Source of the DNA: Octopus vulgaris
Lineage: Eukaryota
Reading direction: 5' to 3'
Assembly: GCA_951406725.2 (NCBI GenBank)
Contig: OX597826.1
Coordinates: forward strand, 8,866,001-8,930,000
Length of the DNA: 64,000 bases
Made by a program: the position numbers and the translations under genes. Below, one piece after another: positions 28,257 through 43,071 of this stretch. The notes below the pieces were generated by a model. That model did not search any database and was not told the DNA's origin. It was given only the letters and a program-made list of their open reading frames with translations. Positions within the stretch are counted from its first letter, which is position 1. Every line of letters starts with the position of its first letter.

Positions 28257-28582
28257 GGTGCATGACTTAGATGTTAGGGTATTCGGCTCATGATCGTAAG
28301 ATCGTGAGTTCGATACCTACCCGTTCCTACACGTTCTGTCCTTGAGCAAAACACTTTATTCCACGTTGTTCCAGTCCCCTCACCTGGCGAAAATGAGCGG
28401 TACCAGTAATTGAAAGGGCCAGCTCTGTCACATTCTGAATCACATTGAATCTCTCAGAAAGCTATGTTATGGGTACACGTGTCTGTGGAGTACTCAGCCA
28501 CTTGCACATAAATTTCACGAGCAGGCTGTTCCGTTGGTCGGATCAGCTGAAACTCGTCGCCGCAAACGATGGAGAACCAGTT
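28257..28582 (+). mobile_element. CORE-like SINE family C
   Basis: GTTAGGGTATTCGGCTCATGATCGTAAG..GAGTTCGAT..TGTCCTTGAGCAAAACACTT; related copies 56018-56160 and 56973-57230. Confidence 0.8.
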
Positions 28583-28696
28583 GTATTTTTTATTTTTTTA
28601 TTCTATTTTATTGTCTTGGTAAGTAGCTATCCTTTGCGAAAATATTGCTGCTGAGCTTTGTGCATTTTATAAGCCTCAACATTTCAGCATATTTTC

Positions 28697-28730
<34 letters not shown>

Positions 28731-28973
28731 TGTGTGTGTGATTTCATGCTTATCCTCCACCACTGCCCGAATAACGGTGTCGTTTTGTTTATGTCCCCGT
28801 AATCTAGCGATTCGGCAAGAGGAAACCAATAATATAAGTACCAGGCTTTTAAAAAAAAAAAAAGTATCGGGGATCGATTTGTACGACTAAACCCTTCAAG
28901 GCGGTGCTCCAGCATGGCTGCAGTCTAGTGCCTGAAAGAAGTAAAAGGCAAAAGATATTAGATTTTACTTAGT

Positions 28974-30022
<1,049 letters not shown>

Positions 30023-30714
30023 TTCGAGATAAAATCTTTTTCAGATGGAAACAAGCTGTTTTCTTCCTCCACTGGAGTTCTGTTGCTTCTTCATAAGAAC
30101 GAAACATATGCGGTTTAGCATGGATCTCCTGTATAAATACGTTACTCGTTGATTTCGAGAGATTCACTTTGTGTTATGACGTATTCTAATAGCATTTGTC
30201 ACTCTTCTTTTTCTCTCCTATTTCTTTACTATCCTCGTTAAAGATTGAGAGAACTTTTATTTAATTTTTTATCTTTCTTATTATGCTTGTTAGCCTCAGT
30301 TTGCATATTCCTGAATGAAGCGTTTTGAAGAGGGACACCAATTCTATTTGCAACTACTCTGACGGTTGCATAGATTATTTGATTTAACCTTGTGATATTG
30401 ACTTTCGTGTCTGTTTATACTATATTTGTGATAACCTGCACGCCTTCCTCTCATTGATGTTGCTATGTTATCGTTCAGTTTTATCTCTGAGAGGGTCTTT
30501 CATTCGTCTTCGTTAGTCCATGCGAAGATCTTCGATCGATTTGAATTCTTTGACATATTTCCACCAACAGATTACTATCGGATTCAGAACCTCACGATTT
30601 ATGTTCTTAGCGTTCACAATTTCAATATCTTCTTTTAATTTTCGTTGTTTGTATTTTTATTGTTTTTATTTTTTCTTCATTGTTTGAATTATTTATCATC
30701 AATTCTTTCTTTTC

Positions 30715-31010
<296 letters not shown>

Positions 31011-31841
31011 GCTGGTACTGTTTTTGTTTCAAAAATATATCTTCTTAAATTAGTAGCTTCTCTGTATGGATCCAAAGTTATTTCTAGATCCATTATGCTT
31101 TGTTCAGACACACAAATCGGCTATATTCGTCTCGTTTATTTATTCTTTTTAAATTTCCTTTTATTATATATTTTTATCAGTACATATTATTATATATATG
31201 CATATACATTCATATGTATATATGTATATATTTAATTTTATTATATATATTCATCTGTATGTTTTATTAATTTATTAATTTATTTTGTGGAGTGTGGCTG
31301 TAAATATTTATGTAGTATGGAAACCAATTCCTATCAGATCTCTTTATGCATTTTCTTCTTTTTTCTTTGGGTCGGGGGAGTTGAGTGGTTTAAAGTGTAA
31401 AGTTCGACTATTTGTTTAAATTGTCATTATTTTATCGATTACTCACACGTTTGTTTCTTTTCGGCCTTTTTATGCATAATTTTTATGCATCGAATTAATA
31501 TCAAAATACGATTTTCCCTCTTTAACCTTGAACCCGAATGATACAGCTTTTTTTGTTTGTATTGTTTGTCGTATTTTGTTTTGGGCTGAAATTATCTGGA
31601 ATCGATTTGCCTTGTGCTCCATTACTTGTTGATACAGTTATTGTTGTTTTTGCTTTTGTTGTTGCTGCTGCTGCTGCTGTTAATGATGATGATGATGATA
31701 ATGATAATGATGATAACGACAACGATGGTGTTAGTACTGTTTAATTGTTTTCTAAGAGGATGGTAAAGTGCTTTTACTTTTGAAACTATTTTCAAGTATT
31801 TAAAAAAAATTATCCCGCCACAGAGATTACTACTAATATTA

Positions 31842-32021
31842 TAGGCGCAGGAGTGGCTGTGTGGTAAGTAGCTTGCTTACCAACCACATGGTTCTGGGTT
31901 CAGTCCCACTGCATGGCACATTGGGCAAGTGTTTTCTACTATAGCCTTGGGCCGACCAAAGCCTTGTGAGTGGAGTTGGCAGACGGAAACTGTAAGAAGC
32001 CCGTCATATATATGTGTGTCC

Positions 32022-32052
<31 letters not shown>

Positions 32053-32308
32053 TGTATGTATGTATGTATGTATGTATGTATGTGTGTGTATATGTTTGTG
32101 TGTCTATGTTTGTTCCCTAACGTTGCCTGACAACCAATGCTGGTGTGTTTACGTCCCCGTAACTTAGCGGTTCAGCAAAAAAGAGACCGATAGAATAAGT
32201 ACTAGGCTTACAAAGAATAAGTCCTCCTGGGTCGATTTCTTCGACAAAAGGCAGTGCTCCAGCATGGCCGCAGTCAAATGACTGAAATAAGTAAAAGAGT
32301 AAAGAGTA
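31842..32308 (+). mobile_element. SINE family A, complete reference-like copy
   Basis: TAGGCGCAGGAGTGGCTGTGTGG (A box), GGTTCAGTCCC (B box), central (ATGT)n, tail ending AAGTAAAAGAGTAAAGAGTA. Confidence 0.92.
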
Positions 32309-32730
32309 CCTTCGCTTCTCCTCCCACTCCTCCTTCCTCCTCTTCCTTCTCCTCCACCTTCCCTTTCTCTTCCTCATCCTGCACTGTTACGGTCACGATG
32401 GAATATGAATAACGATGAAAGTGTTTGCTTCACAGAAATATACAATTAATTCGAAACCGAACGCCAGTGGGGAAACTTTCATCCATTCCGGAGTGGAAAT
32501 GGAGCCTCAATGGAAACGCCTTCTTTCCCGAATATTCCAAAGTGAAATCAACAGCAATTTTTTTTTTTTCTTTCATTTGGCAATTTAGGAGGTAATTGCC
32601 TCTGTGTGTGTGTGTGTGTGTGTGTATGTGTGTGTGTGTGTGTGTGTGTTTGTGTGTAATAAGGATAGTGGTAGTGGTGGTGCTGGAGGGGGATTGGATG
32701 AGGAGGAGAGAAGAACAACAACAACGAGAT

Positions 32731-32826
32731 GATGAAGAAGAAGAAGAAGAAGAAGAAGAAGAAGAAGAAGAAGAAGAAGAAGAAGAAGAAGAAGAAGAAG
32801 AAGAAGAAGAAGAAGAAGAAGAAGAA
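32731..32826. repeat. (GAA)n microsatellite
   Basis: Directly visible. Confidence 0.98.
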
Positions 32827-33603
32827 AAGTTTGCCGTAAGGCGAGCAATTTTAGTGGGAGGTGGTTAGTCAATTACATCAACTCCAGTACTCAACAGGTC
32901 CCTATTTTAGAGAGAAGGAGGAGATAGAAAGAAATCCTTTATCCAAGAATTTCAAGGCTTCAAGCAACAGATGCAATCCATTGTTTTGCATCGATATGAA
33001 TCTTGGAAGACAAACAGAAAACCGTTGGAAAGAAAAGAAAGAGTGAGCCTAGACGAAAGTAAGTGGACAGACGGATAAAGCCCGCAGAAGGACGCTTTTT
33101 CGGTATAAACTTAATATCGAACACTTTGTTCTCTGACAGAATAATGTGATCAATGGCGAGTAGTGAGACTGGCCTAAGTGAATGTATTGTGTCTCAACAT
33201 ACGCTCGTAGACTAAAAGCAGAGTTCTGAAGAGCGGGAGAAAGCACTTGCCTTTGGCAGTAACCAAATCTCCCTCAAATTATATCCAACTGTTTTAAAAA
33301 CGGAACACTGGGTTATGTAGTCCGGAGTAAACAATGCGCGAGAAATAAAAAGTAAAAAGGCAAAAAATAAAAAGCAAAACAAAAAAATAAACTGGATGGT
33401 TACATTTGAAATGACTTTGATCATTGATCTGCTTCATCAAAGCTGATATGAAGTTAAAATTACGACGATAGACAACAACAACAACAGCAGCATCAATACA
33501 ACAAGAACACGAAAATAACACCACAAGAACTACTTCAACAACAGCATCAACAACTAACAACAAACAACACAGCAACAGCAATGACAGCAGCACCAGCAGC
33601 AGT

Positions 33604-33978
33604 GTGGAGGCGCAATGGCCCAGTGGTTAGGGCAGCGGACTAGCGGTCGGAGGATCGCGGTTTCGATTCCCAGATCAGGCGTTGTGTTTATTGAGCGAAA
33701 ACACCTAAAGCTCCACGAGGCTCCGGCAGGGGTGGTGGCGACCCCTGTTGTACTCTTTTCGCTCCAACTTTCTCTCACTCTTTCTTCCTGTTTCTTGTCC
33801 CCGACTTCCTACGCAACCGCTGAGCCTGGATGCGCATTCATCCATCCGTCGATGCTCTCGGTGTCGGAGGTTGACCTGCTTTCTCTTCTGCGGGTCTTAC
33901 GAATAGCAAAGGACCACGTTTCGGACTTCACCCACAATAACTGGGACGAAGACCGCTTCGCTCAACAAACAAACAAGC
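33604..33978 (+). mobile_element. SINE family D (tRNA head)
   Basis: TGGCCCAGTGG A box, GGTTTCGATTCC B box; head shared with 54230-54422(-); (CAAA)n tail. Confidence 0.8.
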
Positions 33979-34065
33979 AGTAACAGCAATGGGGAGTTTG
34001 AAGAGTTTCCCAATTGGCCATAGCAGATGTTCTCCTGCTCAGACACTTCATGTCATTCATGTTTG

Positions 34066-34495
34066 TAGGCGACGAGCTGGCAGAATCGTTAGTACGCCTG
34101 ATAAAATGCTTTGCGGCATTTCATCCGTCTCTGCGTCAAGAGTTCAAATGTCACCGAGGTCGACGTTGCCTGTCATCCTTTTGGAAGTTGACAAAACAAG
34201 TACCAGTTGAACACTGGGATCGATGTTATCGATTTACACCCTGCCCGAAATTTCTGGCCTTGTACCAAAGTTTGAAATCATTTTTTTGTCACACCGCTTC
34301 TCCAAACACGATCCAAAACGCCACATACTTGTAAATTGCCCTTGTAATGCCCCCTCGTCTATAACATTTGCGGTGATAATAAGCAAAAGTTCATCATCAT
34401 CACCATCAGCACTGTTGTTGTTGTTGTTGTTGTTGTTGTCGTCGTCGTCGTCGTTGTTGTTGTTGTTGTTATTATTGTTGTTGTTATTATTTTTA

Positions 34496-34547
<52 letters not shown>

Positions 34548-34965
34548 GGCGGTAAGCTGGCAGAATCGTTAGCGCGCTGGACGAAATGTTTAGCGGAATT
34601 TCGCCCGTTGCTACGTTCGGCGTTCAAATTCCGTTGAGGTCGACTTTGCCTTTCATCGTTTCGTGGTCGATGAAATAAGTACCAGTGAAACACTGGGGAT
34701 CGATGTTATCGACTTATTCCTTCTCCCAAAATGGCTGCCCTTGTGGCAAAATTTGAAACCATTATTATTATTATTATTGGAAAGGTGGTGTGCTGGCAGA
34801 ATCGTTACCGCGCCAGGCAAAATTCTTAGCGCTATGTCGGCCGTCTTTACGTTCTGAGTTCAAATTCTGCCGATGTCGATTTTCTCTTTATTCCTGTCGT
34901 TGTCGATAAAATAAATACCAGTCAAACACTGGGATCGATGATATCAACTTACCCTTTCCCCTATA
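34066..34965 (+). mobile_element. Three family B SINE copies (Nin/Deu-domain-like core) separated by (GTT)n/(ATT)n
   Basis: GCTGGCAGAATCGTTA..GTTCAAATT..GTCGACTTTGCCTTTCATC..GTCGAT..AAATAAGTACCAG starting ~34067, ~34547, ~34784. Confidence 0.8.
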
Positions 34966-36317
34966 TTCTTAGTTCGATGCCTGGCTATTTTGATTCACCC
35001 ATGCCACATAGCTGGTGATAGCATCTCCTAGACTTATCTTTAAAAGAACTCAGGTTTCGTGGGTTCACGATAAGAATTTTTTTTTTCTGCAACATGTAGA
35101 AGACAACTGCGAGAGACAAGTGCCAATCACTTCAACCTACTGTCTCACAACAAAATTTTAAACCTAACCATACCCCTTGAGAAACAGTCCGTAACCGAAC
35201 TGAAATATGAAATATGACTTCCCAACTCTCCCGCCCCTATGAATTAAAACTTTCATAATTAAACCACTGAAAATTTCTATTTAATGTAGAGAAAATATAT
35301 TTTAGGTGAGCTTCAAATTCTTGTTGTTTACTTTTGTCATTTATTCACGAATTGCAGAGAAGTTATATAATTTCATTTGCAGATGCAGCAAAAATTTGAG
35401 TTCCGATTCTTTTTTGAAAGGGTTGTTACATCTTTTAACAACTAATTTTTTCTTTTTCCACAAACTCGGGGGAGAAACTGTGTTTTCTTTAAAGATTCTT
35501 AAATATTTCTTCAATATTTTCATTTATTTATTGATAGTTCCCTGTTTTTCTTCTTCGCCTTAGTCTTCCGTTATAATTCCATTCACATCTAGAATGCCTT
35601 ATAGTAATATTAAATCGATGAAAGTACATGGTTGGTTCTCCATAAAATGTGCGCCTGTGGGAACACACGTCTTGCAATCAATGCACAAAAGGAATTAATA
35701 TGCACACAAAGGGTTAGTTGTCTAAAATAATGAAGTAATTAAAAGTTATGCTTATTATACATTCAATGTTCAACGCACACGTGTTTCTTCACAAGAAGAC
35801 AAGACAGAAGAAACTTGCTCAACATAAGATCTTGCACACGGATGCTGTCGTGTCAAAAGTACGCGCACACGTAAACATGAAGCACACTTCAGAATGATGA
35901 AAAACAAAGCTGATCCCGCGGGATTTGAAACGAAGAACCTAAGAGGCCCTACCAAAATGGCAGAAGAATTTTTCCAGCCACTCAAACCATTCCGCTAAAC
36001 CATTTTTAAATATGTAACATAAGTAAGATGGAAATATGTTGCTCAGAATAATCAGTCTCCGAGTAAGTATTCAGAAATGTGCGACGATCTTTCTCTTTTT
36101 TCCGCCACTCTCCCTCGTGGGCAGTTTGACTTGTCAAGTGACGCAGCCACCGAGCACTGCTAGCTCGCTTCGCCTTTGGCCATCACTGCAACCGTATTAT
36201 GTAACAGGCGCATTTCTTACTCTCTTCTGTTTCAGCGTCACTCACATAAGACATAACCACGTTTGTACTACTTTTATTGATTCACATTCACTTTTGTATG
36301 AACACTGTTATAAAGAC

Positions 36318-36608
36318 GGCAATCTTACGGTTCTAGTATATTTTACGTCAACTGACCATGTGTATTTGTTTATATATGATTGTCGATTTCCGTAAAAAAA
36401 CTTTTATTTTTTTACATAAGGGTTGGGGGTAAATGGGATCTTTCGGGTTAGGGTTTGGGGTTAGGTTAGGACCCTAACCCCAAAGATCCCATTTTCCCCC
36501 GACCCCATATGTAAAAAAAATAAAAGTTTTTGACGGAAATCGACAATCATATATAAACAAATACACGTGGTCAGTTGACGTAAAATATACTAGAACCGTA
36601 AGATTGCC
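36318..36608. mobile_element. Palindromic MITE with 8-bp target duplication (Merlin- or hAT-like)
   Basis: ~137 bp inverted arms GGCAATCTTACGG../..CCGTAAGATTGCC; ATAAAGAC at 36310-36317 and 36609-36616. Confidence 0.88.
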
Positions 36609-37510
36609 ATAAAGACTTGTTGTTGAACTTTGACTGGATGTTGTTTGTCACACCAGTACACGCACCTTAACACAAACAAGAACACAGGATTCATGTTTAC
36701 TCTTCTCTAAACTCTGGTGGCTGGCGACTGAGTTGGTAGACCACCACAAGATCATCCAACACCTTTCCAGCAACAACCTTGGGCAGCTTTTTGAATTCCC
36801 TATGTTTAACACCCGTTGACATGTTTACAAAATCAGAAAACACCACAGCACCCATGACTTTCGGAAACATTTTCCATACTGAGAATTGCTGAAGCCGGGA
36901 ATAAACTACCAGAGGCGTATATTCCGGGTGTGCTAGGTGTGCGCTTCACACCTATCGAAAATGGCAAATTCATTATAAATATTACTCATTAATTTAATCA
37001 CAAATCTTAATGGAAAACTTTTGCTATACCCCTATTTGAAACTTGGTGGCATTGGGTGTGACACCACACCCAATACAACAACCACCATAAACCACTGCAA
37101 AACCACCCGTATCATTTGTTGGCTGCCGGGTCAATTCATCCTTCAAAACTTCCATGCTTCCTGAAATTCACCTGATATGCATTGATCTATGGGATCTTTT
37201 CCTTTTGATAAGCAAACGAGGAGACACACGCCGCATACACACACACACACATATTCAGATACATACACACGTACACTTGCACACACACACACACTCTCTG
37301 TCACTCTCTCTCTCTCTCAAACACATGCATATACATTTGCACAAGCACATAGTAATTAATATATAAGCGTACACACACATACAAACAAAGATATACATAC
37401 ACACACAATTCCGTCCATCAAAAGGAAAAGATCCGATCTATGTACCGTACATGCACTTTTGTCTACCTTTCCTGATGAGATGTAATCACCTCTGCACCGA
37501 TTACAATAAG

Positions 37511-37580
<70 letters not shown>

Positions 37581-37595
37581 ATTATTATTATTATT

Positions 37596-37915
37596 GAGTG
37601 AAAGAGCAGTGCATGCCATCAAAGTGACACTGGGGTAAAATATACAAAGCCCAGTATACCCATAAGGGTACACTAGGCAGATGCATCACAACCATATGTG
37701 CGCGACATGGTGATCTCATATCAAGATAAACAGCACACGACCTTGCAGGTGGGGCCCAGTTAGAATTTTCTTCTGGTCGAGTAGCCCATCCTGCTCAAAA
37801 GGTCCCTGAATAAGGGTTGTTTAAGGATGTTGAACGAACCACCCATGTTTCCAAAGGTGAATTATCCAAACTTCCAAGAATTCCTTTCAACACGCAGCTA
37901 TGATGCTCCCCCACT
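37596..37915 (-). mobile_element. Family E copy, truncated, between (ATT)n and (ATC)n
   Basis: Homologous to 8199-8537. Confidence 0.8.
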
Positions 37916-37975
37916 GATTATCATCATCATCATCATCATCATCATCATTATCATCATCATCACCATCACCATCAC

Positions 37976-38035
<60 letters not shown>

Positions 38036-38580
38036 TATCATTATTAATATTAAAGCTAGCTACATAATCTTAGAATATTTCTGTTCTATGCTCGAATATT
38101 ACCGATGATTACTTATTTGAATTTAAACATGTACTTTCTAGATTTCTGAACAAAAAATTACAAACTTTCCACAGTTTAAACGCAGGAATACAAAGCAAAA
38201 AAAGACGGGAAATAAGTATTATAAAAATGAACCATTTCTACACTTCTGCTTAAAACTAGTTTCAAGGGAGATTACTCTGACTTTACTCTCTTGTCTTATT
38301 TTTTTTCTTTAAACTGATTTTCCACCTCAGGCGCTGAGTTAGAAATTTGTACAAATGCAGTAGAGCCGATAAAAGTTCAACCTCGTACATTACTAATACC
38401 TATATAATCCGGTTGAAAGGGATAAAAAAAATACAGAGTCGAGACTTCCATGATTTAAATTTAGAACGTAAAAGAGTGTAACTAAATATAACAATAACAC
38501 AACTGACAAGAACGATGATGATGATGATGATGATGATGCAGTGATTAATTCGAAATAATGATTTAACGCTTATATTAATT

Positions 38581-39325
38581 AAATACCTATTTCTTTACTA
38601 CCCACAAGAGGCTAAACAAAGAGAGGACAAACGGATTAAGTCGATTATATCGACCCCAGAGCGTAACTGGTACTTATTTAATGGATGAAAGGCAAAGTCG
38701 ACCGCGGCGGAATTTGAACTCAGAACGTAACGGCAGGCGAAATACCTATTTCTTTACTACCCACAAGGGGCTAAACACAGAAGGGACAAACAAGGACAGA
38801 CAAACGGATTAAGTCGATTATATCGACCCCAGAGCGTAACTGGCTACTTAATTTTCGACCCCGAATGGATGAAAGGCAAAGTCGACCCCGGCAGAATTTG
38901 AACTCAGAACGTAACGGCAGAACGAAATACCTATTTCTTTACTACCCACAAAGGGCTAAACACAGAAGGGACAAACAAGGACAGACAAACGGATTAAGGC
39001 GATTACATCGACTCCAGAGCGTAACTGGTACTTATTTAATGGATGAAAGGCAAAGTCGACCTCGGCGGAATTTGAACTCAGAACGTAACGGCAGAAGAAA
39101 TACCTATTTCTTTACTACCCACAAGGGGCTAAACACAGAAGGGACAAACAAGGACAGACAAACGGATTAAGTCGATTACATCGACTCCAGAGCGTAACTG
39201 GCACTTATTTAATGGATGAAAGGCAAAGTCGACCTCGGCGGAATTTGAACTCAGAACGTAGCGGCAGACGAAATACCGCTAAGCATTTCGCCTGGCGTGC
39301 TAACGTTTCTGCCAGCCCGCCGCCT
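38581..39325 (-). repeat. Head-to-tail tandem array of SINE family B (4 units plus one head)
   Basis: Units begin AAATACC at 38581, 38740, 38925, 39098, 39271. Confidence 0.9.
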
Positions 39326-39529
39326 CAGTTCAATACCTGTGTATAACTTTCAATGTATATAAACATTTGTGTGCGTGTGTGCGCGCGCGTTCCTGCTTGT
39401 TCGATTAGTTGAGACAAAGGATGAAATTAACAAAGTGCGCGTTTGTGTGAGTGTATATTTACGTGTAAGTGTACATTTATGTATACGCGTATGTTGTGTG
39501 TATGTAATACATCTATGTACATGTGAGTG

Positions 39530-40275
<746 letters not shown>

Positions 40276-40377
40276 ACTTAAGTTAAGGCGCCAGAATTTA
40301 GTACGGTATTATCCATACAATTTCAAAGTAAGGTGATTAAAATCAAAATAACCTTTGGATATCCTTGTTGCTTATTT

Positions 40378-40439
<62 letters not shown>

Positions 40440-40448
40440 ATATATATA

Positions 40449-40497
<49 letters not shown>

Positions 40498-40502
<5 letters not shown>

Positions 40503-40750
40503 AAAAATGGTAAATAATTTTTCAGTGGTTTTTCATATAACCAACAATTATTTACCGGTAAAATTCCGGTATGTAAATATGACAAATTCATCGTCAGGAA
40601 CTTCTGGAAAGTTCAGTATATAGTGAAAATATATACTGAATCGCAGGGATCGTCGTATTTGGAAAATCCACTTATAGAAAATGGAAAAAACAGTCTTTGA
40701 CTGCCATTTCTAATCTCCTCCGGTATGCGGCGAAGGCAGCCTGCTGAGAT

Positions 40751-40752
<2 letters not shown>
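40498..40752. mobile_element. Diverged relative of the 14094 element with an inverted segment
   Basis: 40498-40630 resembles 14524-14650; 40640-40752 resembles the reverse complement of ~14110-14220; (TA)n flanks. Confidence 0.75.
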
Positions 40753-40809
<57 letters not shown>

Positions 40810-40810
<1 letters not shown>

Positions 40811-41866
40811 GAGGGGCGTTCAATAAGTAATGCCCCTAACCCACTTCCCATAAGCAGTAGAGCAACGAAACTTGGCACAGTTATTAGTCTTTTCCTACAT
40901 AGGAACTACCCAGAGTTACGCATTTTCCCATCGTTTGATGCAGCTCTGGAGACCGTTTTTGTAGAAGACCCCAGCTTGTTCTTCCAACCACGACGTGACT
41001 TCAGAAATCAAGGCTGCATCATCTGGGAAACGCTTTCCTTTCAAAAACAACTTCATGGCTGGGAAGAGGTGAAAATCAGAGAGTGCAAGGTCAGGAGAGT
41101 AGGGGGCATGGGGGAGGAGTTCTGCACACTGCACCCTTGCCTTCTTTGGAGGAGGTGAATCACGGTGCTTCCACTGCATTGACTGGGCTTTGGTCTCTGG
41201 ATCATAGTGATGGACCCAGGTTTCATCCTGTGCAATCAGTCTTTTGAAAAATTTTGACTCATCCTCTTGGCACATCTCCAAATTCATCCTCGAGCACTCG
41301 ACGCGTTCTTGCTTCTGGAAAAGTGTGAGCAACCAGGGAATCCATCTGGCACACACCTTTTGCATATGCAAATGGTCATGAATGATAGTTTCCACAGACC
41401 CGGTACTAATCTTGACCTCATGGGCTATTTGGCGAATAGTTATGCGTCGATCTTCCAAAATGGCAGCCTCAACTTGACGGACAGATGCCTCATCAATGGC
41501 AGAAAGGGGGCGACCAGATCTGGGAGCTGTTTCCACAGAGTTCCGACCATGTTTGAATTCACGATGCCAGCGTTTTACAAGGTCATATGATGGGGCATCA
41601 TCACCATAAGTTACTTTCATTTCATCAAAAGTCTCCCGTGGTGTGCGTCCTTTCAAATACAAAACCGGATCACTGCTCAACACTCAACAGGCTCCATTTC
41701 ACACTTGACTCAGTTCAAACACCTGTAAATCAGAAACCACAATTAGTTCAGAGCTGTAATTTGCAACTTAATCTATAGAGATATAAGTAATTGCACATGC
41801 AAATCAAACATGCTAGATCAAACAGTTGCAAGTGGGTCAGAGGCATTACTTATTGAACGCCCCTCG
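40810..41866 (-). mobile_element. Second copy of the DD34D mariner, internally deleted (1057 bp)
   Basis: Same TIRs and TA duplication; TGA at codon 7, two 1-bp deletions, ~242 bp deletion replaced by TGTGCA. Confidence 0.95.
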
Positions 41867-41890
41867 TATAAACAGAACACAAAGGATGTC

Positions 41891-41982
41891 GCGGTACACG
41901 TGTTTCGAGCTTTTTAGAGCAACTTATTCTTACATCAATGTATAATCGACATAACAGATAGTTTAAAGCCCTCTTCAGCCGC
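41891..41982 (-). ncRNA. Type I hammerhead ribozyme (canonical core, long loop II)
   Basis: GCGG-CTGAAGA-GGGCTTT..AAAGCTC-GAAA-CACGTG-TA/CCGC; palindromic stem III ACACGTGT. Confidence 0.85.
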
Positions 41983-42834
41983 ATGCAATTGCTACACCAA
42001 AGACTTGTATCACATTATGAAGAGTCCGAAAAAGAACATTTGGTATTATTTATAATGTTAGGTATATTGAGTATCACTGAGAAAGTATGTTTGTAAATCT
42101 TCATAATCAAATAGGCGTACAGGGTAATATTGAACTCCAAAAATCCTTCCATACTGTATCATCACTCAGTATAGAGAGAATACTGGGTAGATTCCAGTTG
42201 GGTTCATTCCTCTTGTAAGGGAAGGAAATAAGGAGGATTGAAGGTTGAGAAAAAAGAGAAAGGAAAGGAAAAAGAAGAATAGAGGAGAAGAGAAGGAAAC
42301 AGTAATGATGTTGAGATCATAAATAAAAATATAAATATAAATGGATATAATACAATAAAAAAAAATAAATAATAAAATATAATTAAAAAAATAAAGATAT
42401 AAAGAACGTCAGGTATAAGGTCATAAATTCTAGAAATGTATTGTAAAAATGCAAAAATGTATATATATATATGTATGTATGTATATATATATATATATAT
42501 GACAAATTTGTAAGTAACCAGAAGATGGATTAATCTTTATTTTGTTCCTGAAGTATATCCAACAGAAATATACCCCAACTGCAGGTGACACCGGGTGGCA
42601 CAAAGTGTGTCAGTGCCCTACTAAACACTTCAACACACTAATTAACATATACCCATTGGTCCAAAATATTAAATATATATACATGTATGCATACATACAT
42701 ACATACATACATACATACATACATACATACATACATCGGTGTATATATGTATTATATCTATTGGGGGTGATGCATGTCTGTGTGTATACATATGTGCGTT
42801 TGCAAGTTTGTATGCATACATGTTTTGTGTGTGT

Positions 42835-42886
<52 letters not shown>

Positions 42887-42887
42887 C

Positions 42888-43041
42888 GGCGTTAGGAAGG
42901 GCATCCAGCTGTGGAAACTTTGCCAGATCAAGATTGGAGCCTGGTGCATCCATCTGATTCACCAGCCCTCAGTCAATATCGTCCAACCCATCCTAGCATG
43001 GGAAGCGGACGTTAAACGATGATGATGATGATGATGATGAT
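42888..43041 (+). mobile_element. Isolated RTE 3'-end copy with (GAT)n tail
   Basis: Matches 45910-46088 (GGCGTTAGGAAGGGCATCCAGCTGT..GCGGACGTTAAACGATGATG). Confidence 0.85.
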
Positions 43042-43071
43042 ATATGTTATCGAATCTCCGATCCTGATTTA

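Noticed and set aside
30030-30075. LFPSEK peptide shared with 63663
   Set aside because: Six-residue match with no extension; likely chance
32596-32868. Poly-Glu acidic protein exon
   Set aside because: Pure (GAA)n microsatellite without splice or codon evidence
36420-36482. Interstitial telomere
   Set aside because: Only a few degenerate TTAGGG units, internal to a MITE
38581-39325. CRISPR-like periodic array
   Set aside because: Whole units repeat with no unique spacers; they are SINE copies in a eukaryote
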